Of a DNA stretch of 64,000 nt, positions 8,356 to 18,769 are shown piece by piece; the first letter of the stretch is position 1, and each line of letters starts with the position of its first letter. A model generated the notes under the pieces. The model was not told the DNA's origin. It saw only the letters and a list, made by a program, of their open reading frames with translations, and did no database searches. The stretch is from Prochlorococcus sp. AG-347-K16 (GTDB lineage: Bacteria; Cyanobacteriota; Cyanobacteriia; PCC-6307; Cyanobiaceae), in NCBI GenBank assembly GCA_003281405.1, contig QCCD01000001.1, positions 68,866 to 132,865 of the forward strand. The letters are read 5' to 3'. Made by a program: the position numbers and the translations under genes.

Positions 8356-8613
8356 TTATTTTTTAATGTCTTTTATCATTGATACCAAAGTTGAATGTAT
8401 TTCTTCTTCAGATATTTCATTTTTAAAATTGATAATTGCTGATTGGCCATCGAAATTGATTTTTATATAACTATTATTAATTTCTTCCATATAAGCATTC
8501 TCAAATCTTGATATCTTCCCATAATGAATAAGAAATTGGTGGACTGAATCTATGTGATCATTGTTCATATGATCACAAACTCTTTTACTTGTTTCTTTAC
8601 TAATAATTTTCAT
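8356..8613 (-). CDS. DUF2470 domain protein (heme/GluTR-binding-like)
   Basis: RVCDHMNNDHIDSV motif (HMNxDH). Confidence 0.85.
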   Translation of the reverse strand: MKIISKETSKRVCDHMNNDHIDSVHQFLIHYGKISRFENAYMEEINNSYIKINFDGQSAIINFKNEISEEEIHSTLVSMIKDIKK

Positions 8614-8631
8614 TTAAAAAATAAATTTGTT

Positions 8632-9639
8632 TTAAGCTAATCTATTTTTTTCATTATTCAAAGTTTTAATCATTTTAATTATTAAATTTTTAACTTCATT
8701 TTTATCAACAGCTCTAACCAAGTTATTTCTCAAATTTGATGCTCCTTTAAAGTCTTTGCATGTCCATGAGATATGTTTCCTTGCAATTAGCAATCCGTGA
8801 TCTCCTTTTTCTTTTATTAATTCATCAAGATGCTCAATAATTAAATATAGTTTTTCTTCTGCATTTGGTTCTTTAAAATTTTTATTTTCTCTAAGGGCAT
8901 AATCTATTTCTCCTATTTTCCATGGGGATCCTAAAATTCCTCGTCCAATCATTACACCATCAGCATTTGTTTTTTTTAAACAATTAAGAGCATCTTCTGG
9001 ATTTTTGATATCTCCATTAGCAATTACTGGAATTTCCAACAAATTTTTAAGTCTCCCGATCATTTCCCAATCTGACTTGCCTGAAAAACCCTGTTTTCTA
9101 GTTCTTCCATGAAGTGTGATCATCGTTGCTCCCGCATCTTGAAGTTTAAATAAGAAATCCTCTATATTTTCTTCTTTACTATCCCATCCGAGTCGTGTTT
9201 TTACGGTTACTGGTACCCTAACAGCTTTTACAACATTTTTGACTAATTCTATAGCAAGTTTTCGGTCTTTAATTAAAGCACTGCCTCCACCTTTCTTTGC
9301 AATTTTTTTTACTGGACATCCCATATTTATATCGATTAAGAAAGCTCCATAGTCCTCTGCTTGTTTCGCAGCTTCAGAAACAGCATATGGCCTATTATCA
9401 AATATTTGTACTCCAATTGGACCTTCTTCTAAATCTATTTGATCGATTTTTTGTGTGCCATATCCTTTTTTAAGACTTGTGGCATTTATCATTTCTGTAA
9501 AAAGTAAAGAGTTTGGAGCCCATTTACGTACAATTCGTCTAAAAATGTTATCTGTAACTCCTGCTAATGGTGATAGCATGACCTTACTCGTAATTATCCT
9601 GTTAACTCCCCTTCCTTTTAGCCTTATATTTGAAGACAT
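8632..9639 (-). CDS. dusB: tRNA dihydrouridine synthase B
   Basis: LSPLAGVTD, DINMGCP, TLHGRT, NGDI and GVMIGRG motifs. Confidence 0.95.
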   Translation of the reverse strand: MSSNIRLKGRGVNRIITSKVMLSPLAGVTDNIFRRIVRKWAPNSLLFTEMINATSLKKGYGTQKIDQIDLEEGPIGVQIFDNRPYAVSEAAKQAEDYGAFLIDINMGCPVKKIAKKGGGSALIKDRKLAIELVKNVVKAVRVPVTVKTRLGWDSKEENIEDFLFKLQDAGATMITLHGRTRKQGFSGKSDWEMIGRLKNLLEIPVIANGDIKNPEDALNCLKKTNADGVMIGRGILGSPWKIGEIDYALRENKNFKEPNAEEKLYLIIEHLDELIKEKGDHGLLIARKHISWTCKDFKGASNLRNNLVRAVDKNEVKNLIIKMIKTLNNEKNRLA

Positions 9640-9810
9640 ATAATTTTAAATTTATTTTATCTTTCATTATTATAAATTCAGATATGGAGCTGATTTTATG
9701 TTTTCTATTTATTTCTTAATTTATAATAAGTGCTTTTACTTAAATAGGCCTAATTGATTACTTTTTTTGCTAGTTTATGTTGAGTTGAAATTTAAAAAGG
9801 AAATTTTTTC

Positions 9811-10203
9811 TTGTTTATATTAGTATCTATTTTTCTTCCAATAATTATTTTTATTGCACCTGTAAATGTAAATGCTGTACAAGGTAATTTAGATTTATCA
9901 AGTGCTCAAACTTCTGTAGGCAAAAGATTTGCTAAAGTTTTTTGTGATGCTAAGAGGGAAGGTTTAGATTCTGATTTTGCTAGTGAATATGCTTTGAATA
10001 ATACATATTTGAAATTTGTAGCATTTCCAGATGATGACGAATACTTGGCTGATTTATGGAATTTCACCCATAATAATATATTAGATAACTGTGGTGAATT
10101 TGTAGAGATAAATGACCTAAAAGACCTAGAGATTTTTTTTAAAGAAGAAGGTTTAATTGCATCAAATAGGGAACTCTATTTACCTACTTTTGAGAATAAT
10201 TAG
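9811..10203 (+). CDS. Hypothetical secreted protein with two conserved Cys
   Basis: Signal peptide; FAKVFCDAKREG...NCG. Confidence 0.7.
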   Translation: MFILVSIFLPIIIFIAPVNVNAVQGNLDLSSAQTSVGKRFAKVFCDAKREGLDSDFASEYALNNTYLKFVAFPDDDEYLADLWNFTHNNILDNCGEFVEINDLKDLEIFFKEEGLIASNRELYLPTFENN

Positions 10204-10250
10204 ATTATATTTTTAGCATGTACTAAAATATAAATAGAATATGAAATTTC

Positions 10251-10661
10251 ATGAAACTACTAGGTTTAAATTCACCTGAAATATTCATAATATTAGTAAT
10301 TTTGCTTTCTATTTTAGGTCCAAAAAGAATTGAAAAAGGTTTCTTATTATTCAAGAAACTATTAAAATTCCTTTTAAGTAAAGATGAAGATCAAAGCTTA
10401 GATAATTCAAAATTAAAATCAGAGGAACCAGAAGAAAGTGAAGTTAAAGAAGAAATAGTAGAGGCAGAAGTAAAATCAGAGGAACCAGAAGAAAGTGAAG
10501 TTAAAGAAGAAATAGTAGAGGCAGAAGTAAAATCAGAGGAACCAGAAGAAAGTGAAGTTAAAGAAGAAATAGTAGAGGCAGAAGTAAAATCAATTAAACC
10601 TAAAAAAAGACAGATTAAAGATGAAATAATAGACGTAGAAATTGATTCTGACAATAAATAA
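10251..10661 (+). CDS. TatA/TatB (MttA/Hcf106)-like protein with repetitive acidic tail
   Basis: N-terminus LNSPEIFIILVILLSILGPKRI resembles the TatA TM and hinge. Confidence 0.7.
   Translation: MKLLGLNSPEIFIILVILLSILGPKRIEKGFLLFKKLLKFLLSKDEDQSLDNSKLKSEEPEESEVKEEIVEAEVKSEEPEESEVKEEIVEAEVKSEEPEESEVKEEIVEAEVKSIKPKKRQIKDEIIDVEIDSDNK
10416..10586 (+). repeat. Perfect tandem repeat, 3 x 57 bp (KSEEPEESEVKEEIVEAEV) x3
   Basis: Three identical in-frame units seen directly, followed by a partial fourth (AAATCA). Confidence 0.95.
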
Positions 10662-10747
10662 GGTTTTATAGTAAAAGAATTTTAGACAGGCTTGAATCCT
10701 TAAATTATTATATTTTTAATATTTTAATTTGAATTATAAAAAGGTTT

Positions 10748-11227
10748 TTATGAATCTAAAGCTACTTCGATAGCTGCTATTAAATTTTCATCAAAAGGTT
10801 TTACACCTGGTTTGAATCTTGCAATTACGTTACTATCTTTTCCTATCAAAAACTTCTCGAAATTCCATTCAACATCCCCTTCAGGTTCAACTTTGTTAAG
10901 GGTGGTGTATGGTTCTGTTGTGTTTCCTTTGGCATGAACTTTTTCATAGATTTCAAACTCAACTCCATATTTTGTTGTGCAAAAATCTTTGATTTCTGAT
11001 AGAGAGTCTGGTTCTTGTTTTCCGAAATCGTTACAAGGGAATGCAAGTATTCTTAGGCCTTTGCTTGAATATAAATCATGAAGCTTTTGAAGATCCTCAT
11101 ACTGAGCAGTATTTCCGCAATAACTAGCTACATTAACAATTAAAATTACTTCCCCTGAATATTCACCTAGTTTTATGGATGATCCGTCTGCGGAAATAAC
11201 AGTAGTATTTTGTACGTCAACTTGCAT
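10748..11227 (-). CDS. gpx: Glutathione peroxidase
   Basis: VNVASYCG, FPCNDFGKQE and WNFEKFLI motifs. Confidence 0.95.
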   Translation of the reverse strand: MQVDVQNTTVISADGSSIKLGEYSGEVILIVNVASYCGNTAQYEDLQKLHDLYSSKGLRILAFPCNDFGKQEPDSLSEIKDFCTTKYGVEFEIYEKVHAKGNTTEPYTTLNKVEPEGDVEWNFEKFLIGKDSNVIARFKPGVKPFDENLIAAIEVALDS

Positions 11228-11372
11228 GTCTAAAAAAAATTACCCTTTGAAGATAGCATTGTATAGACTTTATTGTGTTTAATTTATATGGTAATTTTGG
11301 TTATTTCTTTCATAAGTTTTAATTTTTCATCTATTTAACTATTTATAATAGATATTATTAATCAGTTTAAAT

Positions 11373-11615
11373 TTGGACCCTCTAGACCCACTTACCGAAA
11401 TTATTAATTCCGGTCAAGGTTTTTCACCTGCAATTGCTTTAGAAAGAATTATTTGGGCAATGATTGGAATCTTTTTTTTAGGAGCAATTTCAAGATCAAT
11501 AACTAATAGTATGCGAAGTCAAAATTGGTTTGGTAGGAATTTTTTATTTAGTTATTCTAAAGACAAAAAAATTACGGATGATTCATCTTCACAACCTCCT
11601 GGTGATGAGGAATAA
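11373..11615 (+). CDS. Hypothetical membrane protein
   Basis: 80 aa, TTG start, one TM; directly upstream of purT. Confidence 0.7.
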   Translation: MDPLDPLTEIINSGQGFSPAIALERIIWAMIGIFFLGAISRSITNSMRSQNWFGRNFLFSYSKDKKITDDSSSQPPGDEE

Positions 11616-11626
11616 GTTTTATATTT

Positions 11627-12802
11627 ATGAAAGAATCAATTTTTTCTAAAAAGAGAATTTTATTACTTGGTAGTGGCGAGCTTGGAAAAGAATTAGTAAT
11701 AGAATCCAAAAGATTAGGATTAGAAGTTATTGCAATTGATCGATATGAAAGAGCTCCTGCAATGCAAGTTGCTGATTATTCAAGAGTAATTGATATGGGA
11801 GATAAAAATATTTTAAAAAATGTTATAAAAGAATTTAAGCCTGACTATGTTGTCCCAGAAATAGAGGCACTTTCAATTAAAGCCCTAAAAGAACTCGAGG
11901 ATGAAGGATTCAATATTGTTCCCAACGCCAGAACTGTAGAAATTACAATGAATAGAGATAAAATTAGAGACTTAGCTTCTAAAGATTTAAAAATTAAAAC
12001 TGCAAAGTTTGATTATATTTTTGAATTTGATGATTTAGAAAAAAAAGCAGATAAAATTGGATTCCCACTTTTACTTAAGCCTTTAATGAGCTCTTCAGGA
12101 AAAGGGCAGAGTTTGGTTGAAACAAAAAATGATTTACAAAATGCTTGGAAACAGGCACAAGCAAATTCAAGAGGAAAGGTTAAAGGGGTAATTATTGAAG
12201 AATTTATTAATTTTGATTGTGAGTTTACTCTTCTTACTGTGAGAAAAGAAAATGGTGAAAATACTTTTTGTTTACCAATTGGACATCTTCAATCTAATGG
12301 AGACTATCAATGTAGTTGGCAACCTTTAGAGATTAAGGAGTCCTTAATTATTGAAGCTAAGAAAATGACAAGTAAAATATTAAATAACCTTAATGGAGCT
12401 GGATTATACGGAGTAGAGTTTTTCATAAAAGGAAATGAGGTTATATTTTCAGAATTATCTCCAAGACCACACGACACTGGTATGGTTACATTAGTTAGTC
12501 AAAATATTAATGAATTTGAATTACATTTAAGGGCTTTTTTAAATTTACCAATACCGCGTATAGATCTAATAGAACCCTCTGCAACCAGAGTTATACTCTC
12601 TAATCAAGAGTATCTAAATCCTATTTATGAGGGTCTTAATGAAGCATTAGAATTTGAAAAGACTAAAGTGCTCATATTTGGCAAACCAGTTTCCAGAAAA
12701 GGCAGAAGAATGGGTGTTGTTCTCTCATCAAACTCTGACATTAATTTGGCTAGAAAGAATGCAGATGAAGCTGCTCTTAAAATAAAAGTCAGTACTACAT
12801 AA
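11627..12802 (+). CDS. purT: Formate-dependent phosphoribosylglycinamide formyltransferase
   Basis: LLGSGELGKE, KPLMSSSGKGQS, SPRPHDTG, RRMGV; ATP-grasp fold. Confidence 0.97.
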   Translation: MKESIFSKKRILLLGSGELGKELVIESKRLGLEVIAIDRYERAPAMQVADYSRVIDMGDKNILKNVIKEFKPDYVVPEIEALSIKALKELEDEGFNIVPNARTVEITMNRDKIRDLASKDLKIKTAKFDYIFEFDDLEKKADKIGFPLLLKPLMSSSGKGQSLVETKNDLQNAWKQAQANSRGKVKGVIIEEFINFDCEFTLLTVRKENGENTFCLPIGHLQSNGDYQCSWQPLEIKESLIIEAKKMTSKILNNLNGAGLYGVEFFIKGNEVIFSELSPRPHDTGMVTLVSQNINEFELHLRAFLNLPIPRIDLIEPSATRVILSNQEYLNPIYEGLNEALEFEKTKVLIFGKPVSRKGRRMGVVLSSNSDINLARKNADEAALKIKVSTT

Positions 12803-12892
12803 ATATTAAATAAAAATAACGAAAAAAATACTTATTTCCTTTGTTTTTGTTCTATGTCTCTATGGGTATTATTTGAGTAAGTTCTTTATTTT

Positions 12893-13096
12893 ATGATGAT
12901 AGAAAATTATAAAGGTTGGGATATAACTTTAAATTGGGAAAATAAAGATTATCTTGAGAGGGATACAACTAAAAGTAATTTTATTAATCAAAAGGAAAAA
13001 TGGATTGGTGTGCACTTAAATGGTAAAAAAATCTATGGTTCTTCTCTAAAAGAAATTAGGCATATTATTGATTATCCTAGTTTGCATGCAAACTAG
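12893..13096 (+). CDS. Hypothetical protein
   Basis: 67-aa ORF in an otherwise empty gap. Confidence 0.55.
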   Translation: MMIENYKGWDITLNWENKDYLERDTTKSNFINQKEKWIGVHLNGKKIYGSSLKEIRHIIDYPSLHAN

Positions 13097-13110
13097 GTTA
13101 AAAGATATTT

Positions 13111-13272
13111 TTAATTATTCTGATTATTTTCATTATCTTCAATAAGTTCTTTAGCAAGTTTTCTTAAATCTCCTTTAATCGAGACCCATGTAAAGGCGAT
13201 TATAAAAATTGAAGCAGATATTGCAACAGTAATTTTTTCGATAGGTGACATTCCAAGTGCAATAGCAAACAT
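13111..13272 (-). CDS. Small membrane protein, 53 aa
   Basis: Read by hand: MFAIALGMSPIEKITVAISASIFIIAFTWVSIKGDLRKLAKELIEDNENNQNN*. Confidence 0.6.
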   Translation of the reverse strand: MFAIALGMSPIEKITVAISASIFIIAFTWVSIKGDLRKLAKELIEDNENNQNN

Positions 13273-13436
13273 TTCAAACTAAAACTAATTTTTCATTATA
13301 TAGAATTTTTTTAAATAGTTAGAATCAATTTTTTTTTTGCAATGATATTTAATTAATCAAAATATAATAAATAAAATTTAAATTACTTATTTTATTTATT
13401 GTTTCTGATTTCAATTTTATTCAGTAGGATTAAATT

Positions 13437-13658
13437 ATGGAAAAAAAAAAGTGCCCTCAATGTAAAAATTTAATTTTAAAAACTTCCCCAACTTGTTTAT
13501 ATTGTGGTAGACCTAATAAATTTATAACTAAGGAATACGTTAATAAAAAGTGGAATAAAGATAATAATAAAAATTTATATGATTATAATTTTATTAATAA
13601 ATATTTTGTATTTATTTCATTATTAATTTTTACAATCGTTATTATTATATTTAGTTAA
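13437..13658 (+). CDS. Zinc-ribbon protein with C-terminal TM
   Basis: CPQC...CLYC; hydrophobic C-terminus. Confidence 0.7.
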   Translation: MEKKKCPQCKNLILKTSPTCLYCGRPNKFITKEYVNKKWNKDNNKNLYDYNFINKYFVFISLLIFTIVIIIFS

Positions 13659-13672
13659 ATATCATCAAAAAA

Positions 13673-16279
13673 TCACTCTATTATTGCATCTAAAACTTCT
13701 TTAGTATTTTTTGATAGTTTATTTTTTTTAATCTGCTTTATTGTTTTTATCATATTTCTTTTGTAAGGTTCTGAATAATAATTATATCTACTAAATACTT
13801 TTACAAAACGGGAAATTACTATCGGATTTAATTTATCAAATTCAATTATCTTATTTGCAATATATTTATAACCAGAACCATTAATTGCATGAAAGGTACT
13901 ATTTCTTGTTACAAAAGTATTTAATATAGCTCTTAAAGTGTTTGGTGATTTTGAATCAAAAAACTTATTTTCAAATAATTTTTCAATGTTGCTTGTTCCT
14001 TCATCAATTTCTATAGATGCATTAAATGAGAACCAACTATCCATAACGACACTATTATTTTTCCATTTATTGAAGAATATATTTGAAATAATTTTTCTTT
14101 CAGGACAATTAATTCTACTGAAAGAATTCATTGCAGCTTTTGCTAGCGTCATCGAATTACTATCGACATAATTAATTATTTTGCCTTTAATTTCCCTATC
14201 ATCACTACTTAAGAGTAGTTTCCAAATAGTTTCGATTAGTTTTCTTTCATTTTTACCTTCAGGCCAAACTTTATCTAGATTTTTCTCTATTTCTTGGAGC
14301 TTAAAATGTAATTCGTCTTTTAATTTGGTACCGAATAAATGATTTAATTCGTCAATAGTTTTATATATCTTTAAAGGGTCTATATTTTCTATCTCCGATT
14401 CAATTTCAGAAAATGTCGGAATACTTAGTAATTCTGATAAAATGGATAAATTAATATCTTTATTTTTTATAAATGATATTAAGGTGCTTATTAATTTATT
14501 TTCAATTTTATGATCTGGTTTTTCATCTAATCTGCATAAAATAATTTTTTTATAAAATACTTTTACAGTATTAGATAGTGTAAAAAAATCTTTTTCATAT
14601 TTTAAGATTAAAAATTTTTCATCCAAGGTAGTGTCTGATTCCCACTCAACAGGTGAAGAGAATTCGCGAAAATAAGTTACTAAAGGAATTTGGAGGTGAG
14701 ATCTTATATTCTTAAAAATAAATTCTTGTTTTTTTGTTTTTAAAATAACTGTTTTTTCTATCGTTTTATTCTCACTGCAAAATATAGCCAGATTTATAGG
14801 AATTATTAGAGGCAAATCATTATACGGGTTCTTCTTTATTGGATTACTTTGTGAGGCTTTAATTGTAAGTTTTCCGAATGTTTGATCCCAGATTCTCTTG
14901 AATTTAATTTTTGGGGTCCCATTTTGCTTGTACCAGATTTTAAACTTTTCAGGATCAATTTCCTTATTGTACTCTAAAATTTTATCTACGAATTGGTCTA
15001 TTGTTGCTGCCTTCCCATCATATGTTGAGATGTAATTACTAAATCCTTTATAGAAATTTTCATCTTTTACAAGCTTATTAAGCATTCTAATTATTTCTGC
15101 TCCTTTCTCGTAAATCGTGGTCGTATAGAAATTGTCTATTTCTTGGTATTTTTCAGGCAGTACAGGATGTGATGTTGGACCAGAATCCTCTCTAAATTGA
15201 CTCCTTCTGAGAAATTTCGCATCATCAAGTCTCTTTATTTCACGATTATGAACGTCTGCAGTGAATTGTTGATCTCTAAATACTGTTAAACCCTCCTTTA
15301 GAGATAGTTGAAACCAATCCCTACAAGTCACTCTATTCCCCGTCCAATTATGGAAGTATTCATGGGCGATTACACCCTCTATTCTTTCTAATTCTTCATC
15401 AGTTGTTGTTTCAGAATTAGCGAGTATTAGTTTTGAGTTGAAAATATTGAGACTTTTATTTTCCATTGCTCCCATATTAAAGTGCCTGACAGCAACAATA
15501 TTAAACAATGACAAATCGTATTCAAGATTATATTTATCCTCGTCCCACTTCATAGATTTCTGTAAGGAAGTTATTGCATGTTGAACATATTTTTCATCTC
15601 CATACTCAACATAAATATTTATTTTTACTTTTTTATTAGATTTTGTTATGAAATTGTCTTTTACACAATTAAGTTTCCCTGCTACCAATGCAAATAGATA
15701 TGAGGGTTTCGGATATGGGTCTTCCCAAATTATTTCATGTCGATTATTTGCAAGATTATTTTCTTTTACGACGTTACCATTTGAGAGTAAGACAGGGTAA
15801 TCATTCTTGTCTGCCTCAATTCTCACGGTGTATTTGCTTAGTATATCAGGCCTATCAGAGTGAAAACTTATTCTTCTAAATCCCTCCGCCTCACATTGCG
15901 TAGTTATAATTCCATTGCTCTCATACATTCCTAAAAGGGATGTATTTTCCTTAGGTTTAATTATTCCTTCTATTTTTAATAAAAAATTATCTTTGTTTAT
16001 ATTTTCAATTTTTAAGTTATTTTTTTTCTGTTTGTAGTAATCCTTTCCCAGTAGTGAGTCATCTATAAATATTTTTTTTATTAATATATCTGTACCATCA
16101 AGAATTAGATTTCTGGTATTCTTATTTTTTTTTATTAATTTTAGTTTGGTAGTAACTTTTACAGCATTTTTCTTAATTACGAAGTCCAAAAAGATTTCTG
16201 GAATTTCATAATCAAATACTTTGTAATCTTCAAGTTTTACATATCTTGAAATATTATTTTGTTTTTTTGGATTGTTCAT
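13673..16279 (-). CDS. pepN: Aminopeptidase N
   Basis: 868 aa; GAMENK and HEYFH...E M1 peptidase motifs. Confidence 0.97.
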   Translation of the reverse strand: MNNPKKQNNISRYVKLEDYKVFDYEIPEIFLDFVIKKNAVKVTTKLKLIKKNKNTRNLILDGTDILIKKIFIDDSLLGKDYYKQKKNNLKIENINKDNFLLKIEGIIKPKENTSLLGMYESNGIITTQCEAEGFRRISFHSDRPDILSKYTVRIEADKNDYPVLLSNGNVVKENNLANNRHEIIWEDPYPKPSYLFALVAGKLNCVKDNFITKSNKKVKINIYVEYGDEKYVQHAITSLQKSMKWDEDKYNLEYDLSLFNIVAVRHFNMGAMENKSLNIFNSKLILANSETTTDEELERIEGVIAHEYFHNWTGNRVTCRDWFQLSLKEGLTVFRDQQFTADVHNREIKRLDDAKFLRRSQFREDSGPTSHPVLPEKYQEIDNFYTTTIYEKGAEIIRMLNKLVKDENFYKGFSNYISTYDGKAATIDQFVDKILEYNKEIDPEKFKIWYKQNGTPKIKFKRIWDQTFGKLTIKASQSNPIKKNPYNDLPLIIPINLAIFCSENKTIEKTVILKTKKQEFIFKNIRSHLQIPLVTYFREFSSPVEWESDTTLDEKFLILKYEKDFFTLSNTVKVFYKKIILCRLDEKPDHKIENKLISTLISFIKNKDINLSILSELLSIPTFSEIESEIENIDPLKIYKTIDELNHLFGTKLKDELHFKLQEIEKNLDKVWPEGKNERKLIETIWKLLLSSDDREIKGKIINYVDSNSMTLAKAAMNSFSRINCPERKIISNIFFNKWKNNSVVMDSWFSFNASIEIDEGTSNIEKLFENKFFDSKSPNTLRAILNTFVTRNSTFHAINGSGYKYIANKIIEFDKLNPIVISRFVKVFSRYNYYSEPYKRNMIKTIKQIKKNKLSKNTKEVLDAIIE

Positions 16280-16329
16280 CTTTACAAAGAAGTTCAGAAG
16301 TTAAAAAATCTAGAATACTTATTTTGAAA

Positions 16330-16614
16330 TTATAAGTTTGGCTTATTATCTTCTGTTTTACAAAAATGTGTTTTAATCTCCCCAGAAGGTAGTAGTTCGT
16401 ATAAAGAAGGATTATTAATATCAGGCGATCCGTCCTTATTAAATTGATACCTCCAGTCCCATTTTTTATCTGTAAAGGAAATATAATCTTTTCTTAGAGA
16501 ATATGGAAGCATAAGCTTTTTTTTATTCCAATTAATATTTATAAATGCTCCTGGCTTTAACTCAGATATCTTTTCTACTATGGAAAAGTCACCATTAATA
16601 TTATTTCTCATCAC
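16330..16614 (-). CDS. Conserved hypothetical protein
   Basis: 94-aa ORF (FTDKKWDWRY...LYELLPSG). Confidence 0.7.
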   Translation of the reverse strand: MMRNNINGDFSIVEKISELKPGAFININWNKKKLMLPYSLRKDYISFTDKKWDWRYQFNKDGSPDINNPSLYELLPSGEIKTHFCKTEDNKPNL

Positions 16615-16766
16615 AAGATTAAGCTTTGAATTTTCACATAGATAGCTACTATTTAAAGCTAATAAAAGTATTGAGGTAATAAAAAATGAATGAATTTTTT
16701 GAGCTCCTTTTAAATTAGATTTACTTTCAAGCTAAATGACTTAATTAAAGATCTTTTTGAATCGAT

Positions 16767-17483
16767 TTAAATCATAATAGATTGCATACTCTTTAGATCT
16801 ACAAGATTACAATCTAATTCCTCTTCATAATCCTTAACTGAAATAAAATTATTTAAAAAACCTGAATATTTTGCATCTCCGCCTATGGTGCTTGAAAGTA
16901 TAAATTTTGGATTGAATTTGTTAATCAATTTAGGGATTATATCAGCACCTTTTACAAAAGAACCTACTAGGGGTAATTCCAGATTTTTTGTAGGAGTAAT
17001 GACTGCATCAAGACTTTGCTTCTTTAAATTTTCATCAAGATATCCATGGGGTTCTATATAAAACCCATTATCTTGATCGTCTTTAACAATATATCCGTTC
17101 TCTATTTGTGGCACTGGAGCCCCAGCAGTGGCTTCAAAACTTAAATTAAAAAGATTTATCTTTTCAGTTGGCTTAAGCACTTTAATTGAACTAAAACCAA
17201 TTTTATTTAATGTTTCAAAAGCACTTTTAGAGCAAATTATAGGAATATCCTTTCTGAACATTTCTAATGTTGGAACATGACAGTGGTCAGGTAATCCTTG
17301 GGTTAACAAAATAATATCTATATTTTTGTCCATTGATATTTCTTCTTCTAATGATCCTTTAAAAAACCACTCACCTGGAGGAAATATTAAATCTCCTTTG
17401 AGCCAAGGATCGATTATTAAATTGGTTTTTTTAAATTTTATAACCCAACCATTTGAACCAAGGTAGGTAGCTTCAAAAGTCAT
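16767..17483 (-). CDS. MBL-fold metallo-hydrolase
   Basis: TYLGSNGW, IDPWL, TQGLPDHCH (variant of the HxHxDH motif). Confidence 0.85.
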   Translation of the reverse strand: MTFEATYLGSNGWVIKFKKTNLIIDPWLKGDLIFPPGEWFFKGSLEEEISMDKNIDIILLTQGLPDHCHVPTLEMFRKDIPIICSKSAFETLNKIGFSSIKVLKPTEKINLFNLSFEATAGAPVPQIENGYIVKDDQDNGFYIEPHGYLDENLKKQSLDAVITPTKNLELPLVGSFVKGADIIPKLINKFNPKFILSSTIGGDAKYSGFLNNFISVKDYEEELDCNLVDLKSMQSIMI

Positions 17484-17549
17484 TATAAATTAATTGTTAT
17501 ATTAGACTATAAGGTACTTTTGGCTTTATCGAGAAATTACTAATTTAGA

Positions 17550-17852
17550 TTAGTTTGCTTCATTTAAAATTTGAAATGACTTTCTTTTTAGGTTAAATAT
17601 TAAAACTTGATTATCTTTATAACTAATCTCTAATTTTTCTTTTTCTAGCATTTGTATTGGTATTAGAGCTAATCCTCCTGTTCCTGAAAAAATGATTGGC
17701 ATAGTGCTATTTTTAGTCCCATTCATTTTTTGTAAGTCAATAGCTTGAGAAACTATTTTTCTGGCTTTATCAAATCCGTAGTCTTCTATTAATTCAGGCC
17801 ATAAAAAGTTAACTAATTCATATTTCGAAAACTCAATTTGTACTGTTTTCAT
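17550..17852 (-). CDS. Hypothetical protein
   Basis: 100-aa ORF. Confidence 0.7.
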   Translation of the reverse strand: MKTVQIEFSKYELVNFLWPELIEDYGFDKARKIVSQAIDLQKMNGTKNSTMPIIFSGTGGLALIPIQMLEKEKLEISYKDNQVLIFNLKRKSFQILNEAN

Positions 17853-17893
17853 TAAAAAATAATAGATATATAGTGATTAATTATGATATTTAC

Positions 17894-18079
17894 TTAATTA
17901 CTATTTTTAAACCTATCCATGACTAGTTGCAACATATCCACTACATCGCCATCAGTTAAATTTAAATCCTTCTTTAAATCATTGCAAGTTAAATTCATTT
18001 CAAGTGCCGCTTCAGCCATATGATTAACTTTTTGGTTATCACCGCCCAATGAAATAAAGGGATTGAAGTTTTCTATCAT
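17894..18079 (-). CDS. Hypothetical protein
   Basis: 61-aa ORF. Confidence 0.55.
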   Translation of the reverse strand: MIENFNPFISLGGDNQKVNHMAEAALEMNLTCNDLKKDLNLTDGDVVDMLQLVMDRFKNSN

Positions 18080-18187
18080 TTAATACCTGTTGTTACCACC
18101 TAGTTCTAGCTAAGAAATAATTAATTATCATTTATTGATACAGAAGCTTATAAATATGTTATTTAATATTTAGAAAGTTTTTATTTT

Positions 18188-18568
18188 TTAAACTAGGGAT
18201 GTTGATATCCCTTTTGATATCAATGCGAATCTTCTCGCTCTGACTAGTAAAGGAAATATCAAATTTGTTCGTTTATTTGATTTAAACACTCTAGAAAGTA
18301 ACAAAAGTAAACTACTTGAGGGATTATTTATCTGTTTGCAAATAGTATTAATTGCATCTGCCCCATGAAAGATACCCTCATCTTTTAGTAAAATAGCTCC
18401 TTCATCTAAGTCATAACCTTTATCTAGGAGGGATTTAATTAGAGTTAAATTTTTACGGCCATCAATAATTTTGATATTATTTATCTTACTTTTGATCTCA
18501 AGGAGTTCAGCAAAATGATTGCAGAATGGGCATTCCCCATCATAAATAAAGTTATAGTTGGAAGTCAT
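18188..18568 (-). CDS. DCC1/DUF393 thiol-disulfide oxidoreductase family
   Basis: FIYDGECPFC (DxxCxxC) motif. Confidence 0.9.
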   Translation of the reverse strand: MTSNYNFIYDGECPFCNHFAELLEIKSKINNIKIIDGRKNLTLIKSLLDKGYDLDEGAILLKDEGIFHGADAINTICKQINNPSSSLLLLLSRVFKSNKRTNLIFPLLVRARRFALISKGISTSLV

Positions 18569-18769
18569 TAGAAAAAGACAGTTTTGATGGTCTTTAAGTG
18601 CGCCAACAAAAAAGTAACCCTACGATAATAAAGCAAATAATAAAAATTTTGTGGATTTTTTATAAAGGGATAGTTAAACGATTCTAATAATTACGAAGAA
18701 ATGTCTCAATATAGGTATATTTTTCATAAAAATCTGTATGCTTACTCGGAGATATTATGTTTTAAAATC

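Noticed and set aside
10416-10586. 57-bp direct repeats as a CRISPR array
   Set aside because: The units are contiguous with no spacers, lie in frame inside a CDS, and no cas genes are present.
9455-15879. Track ORFs 9455..9643, 10391..10654, 10846..11046, 13938..14171 and 15688..15879
   Set aside because: Shadows of dusB, the Tat-like gene (the Ser-rich antisense is a by-product of the repeat), gpx and pepN.
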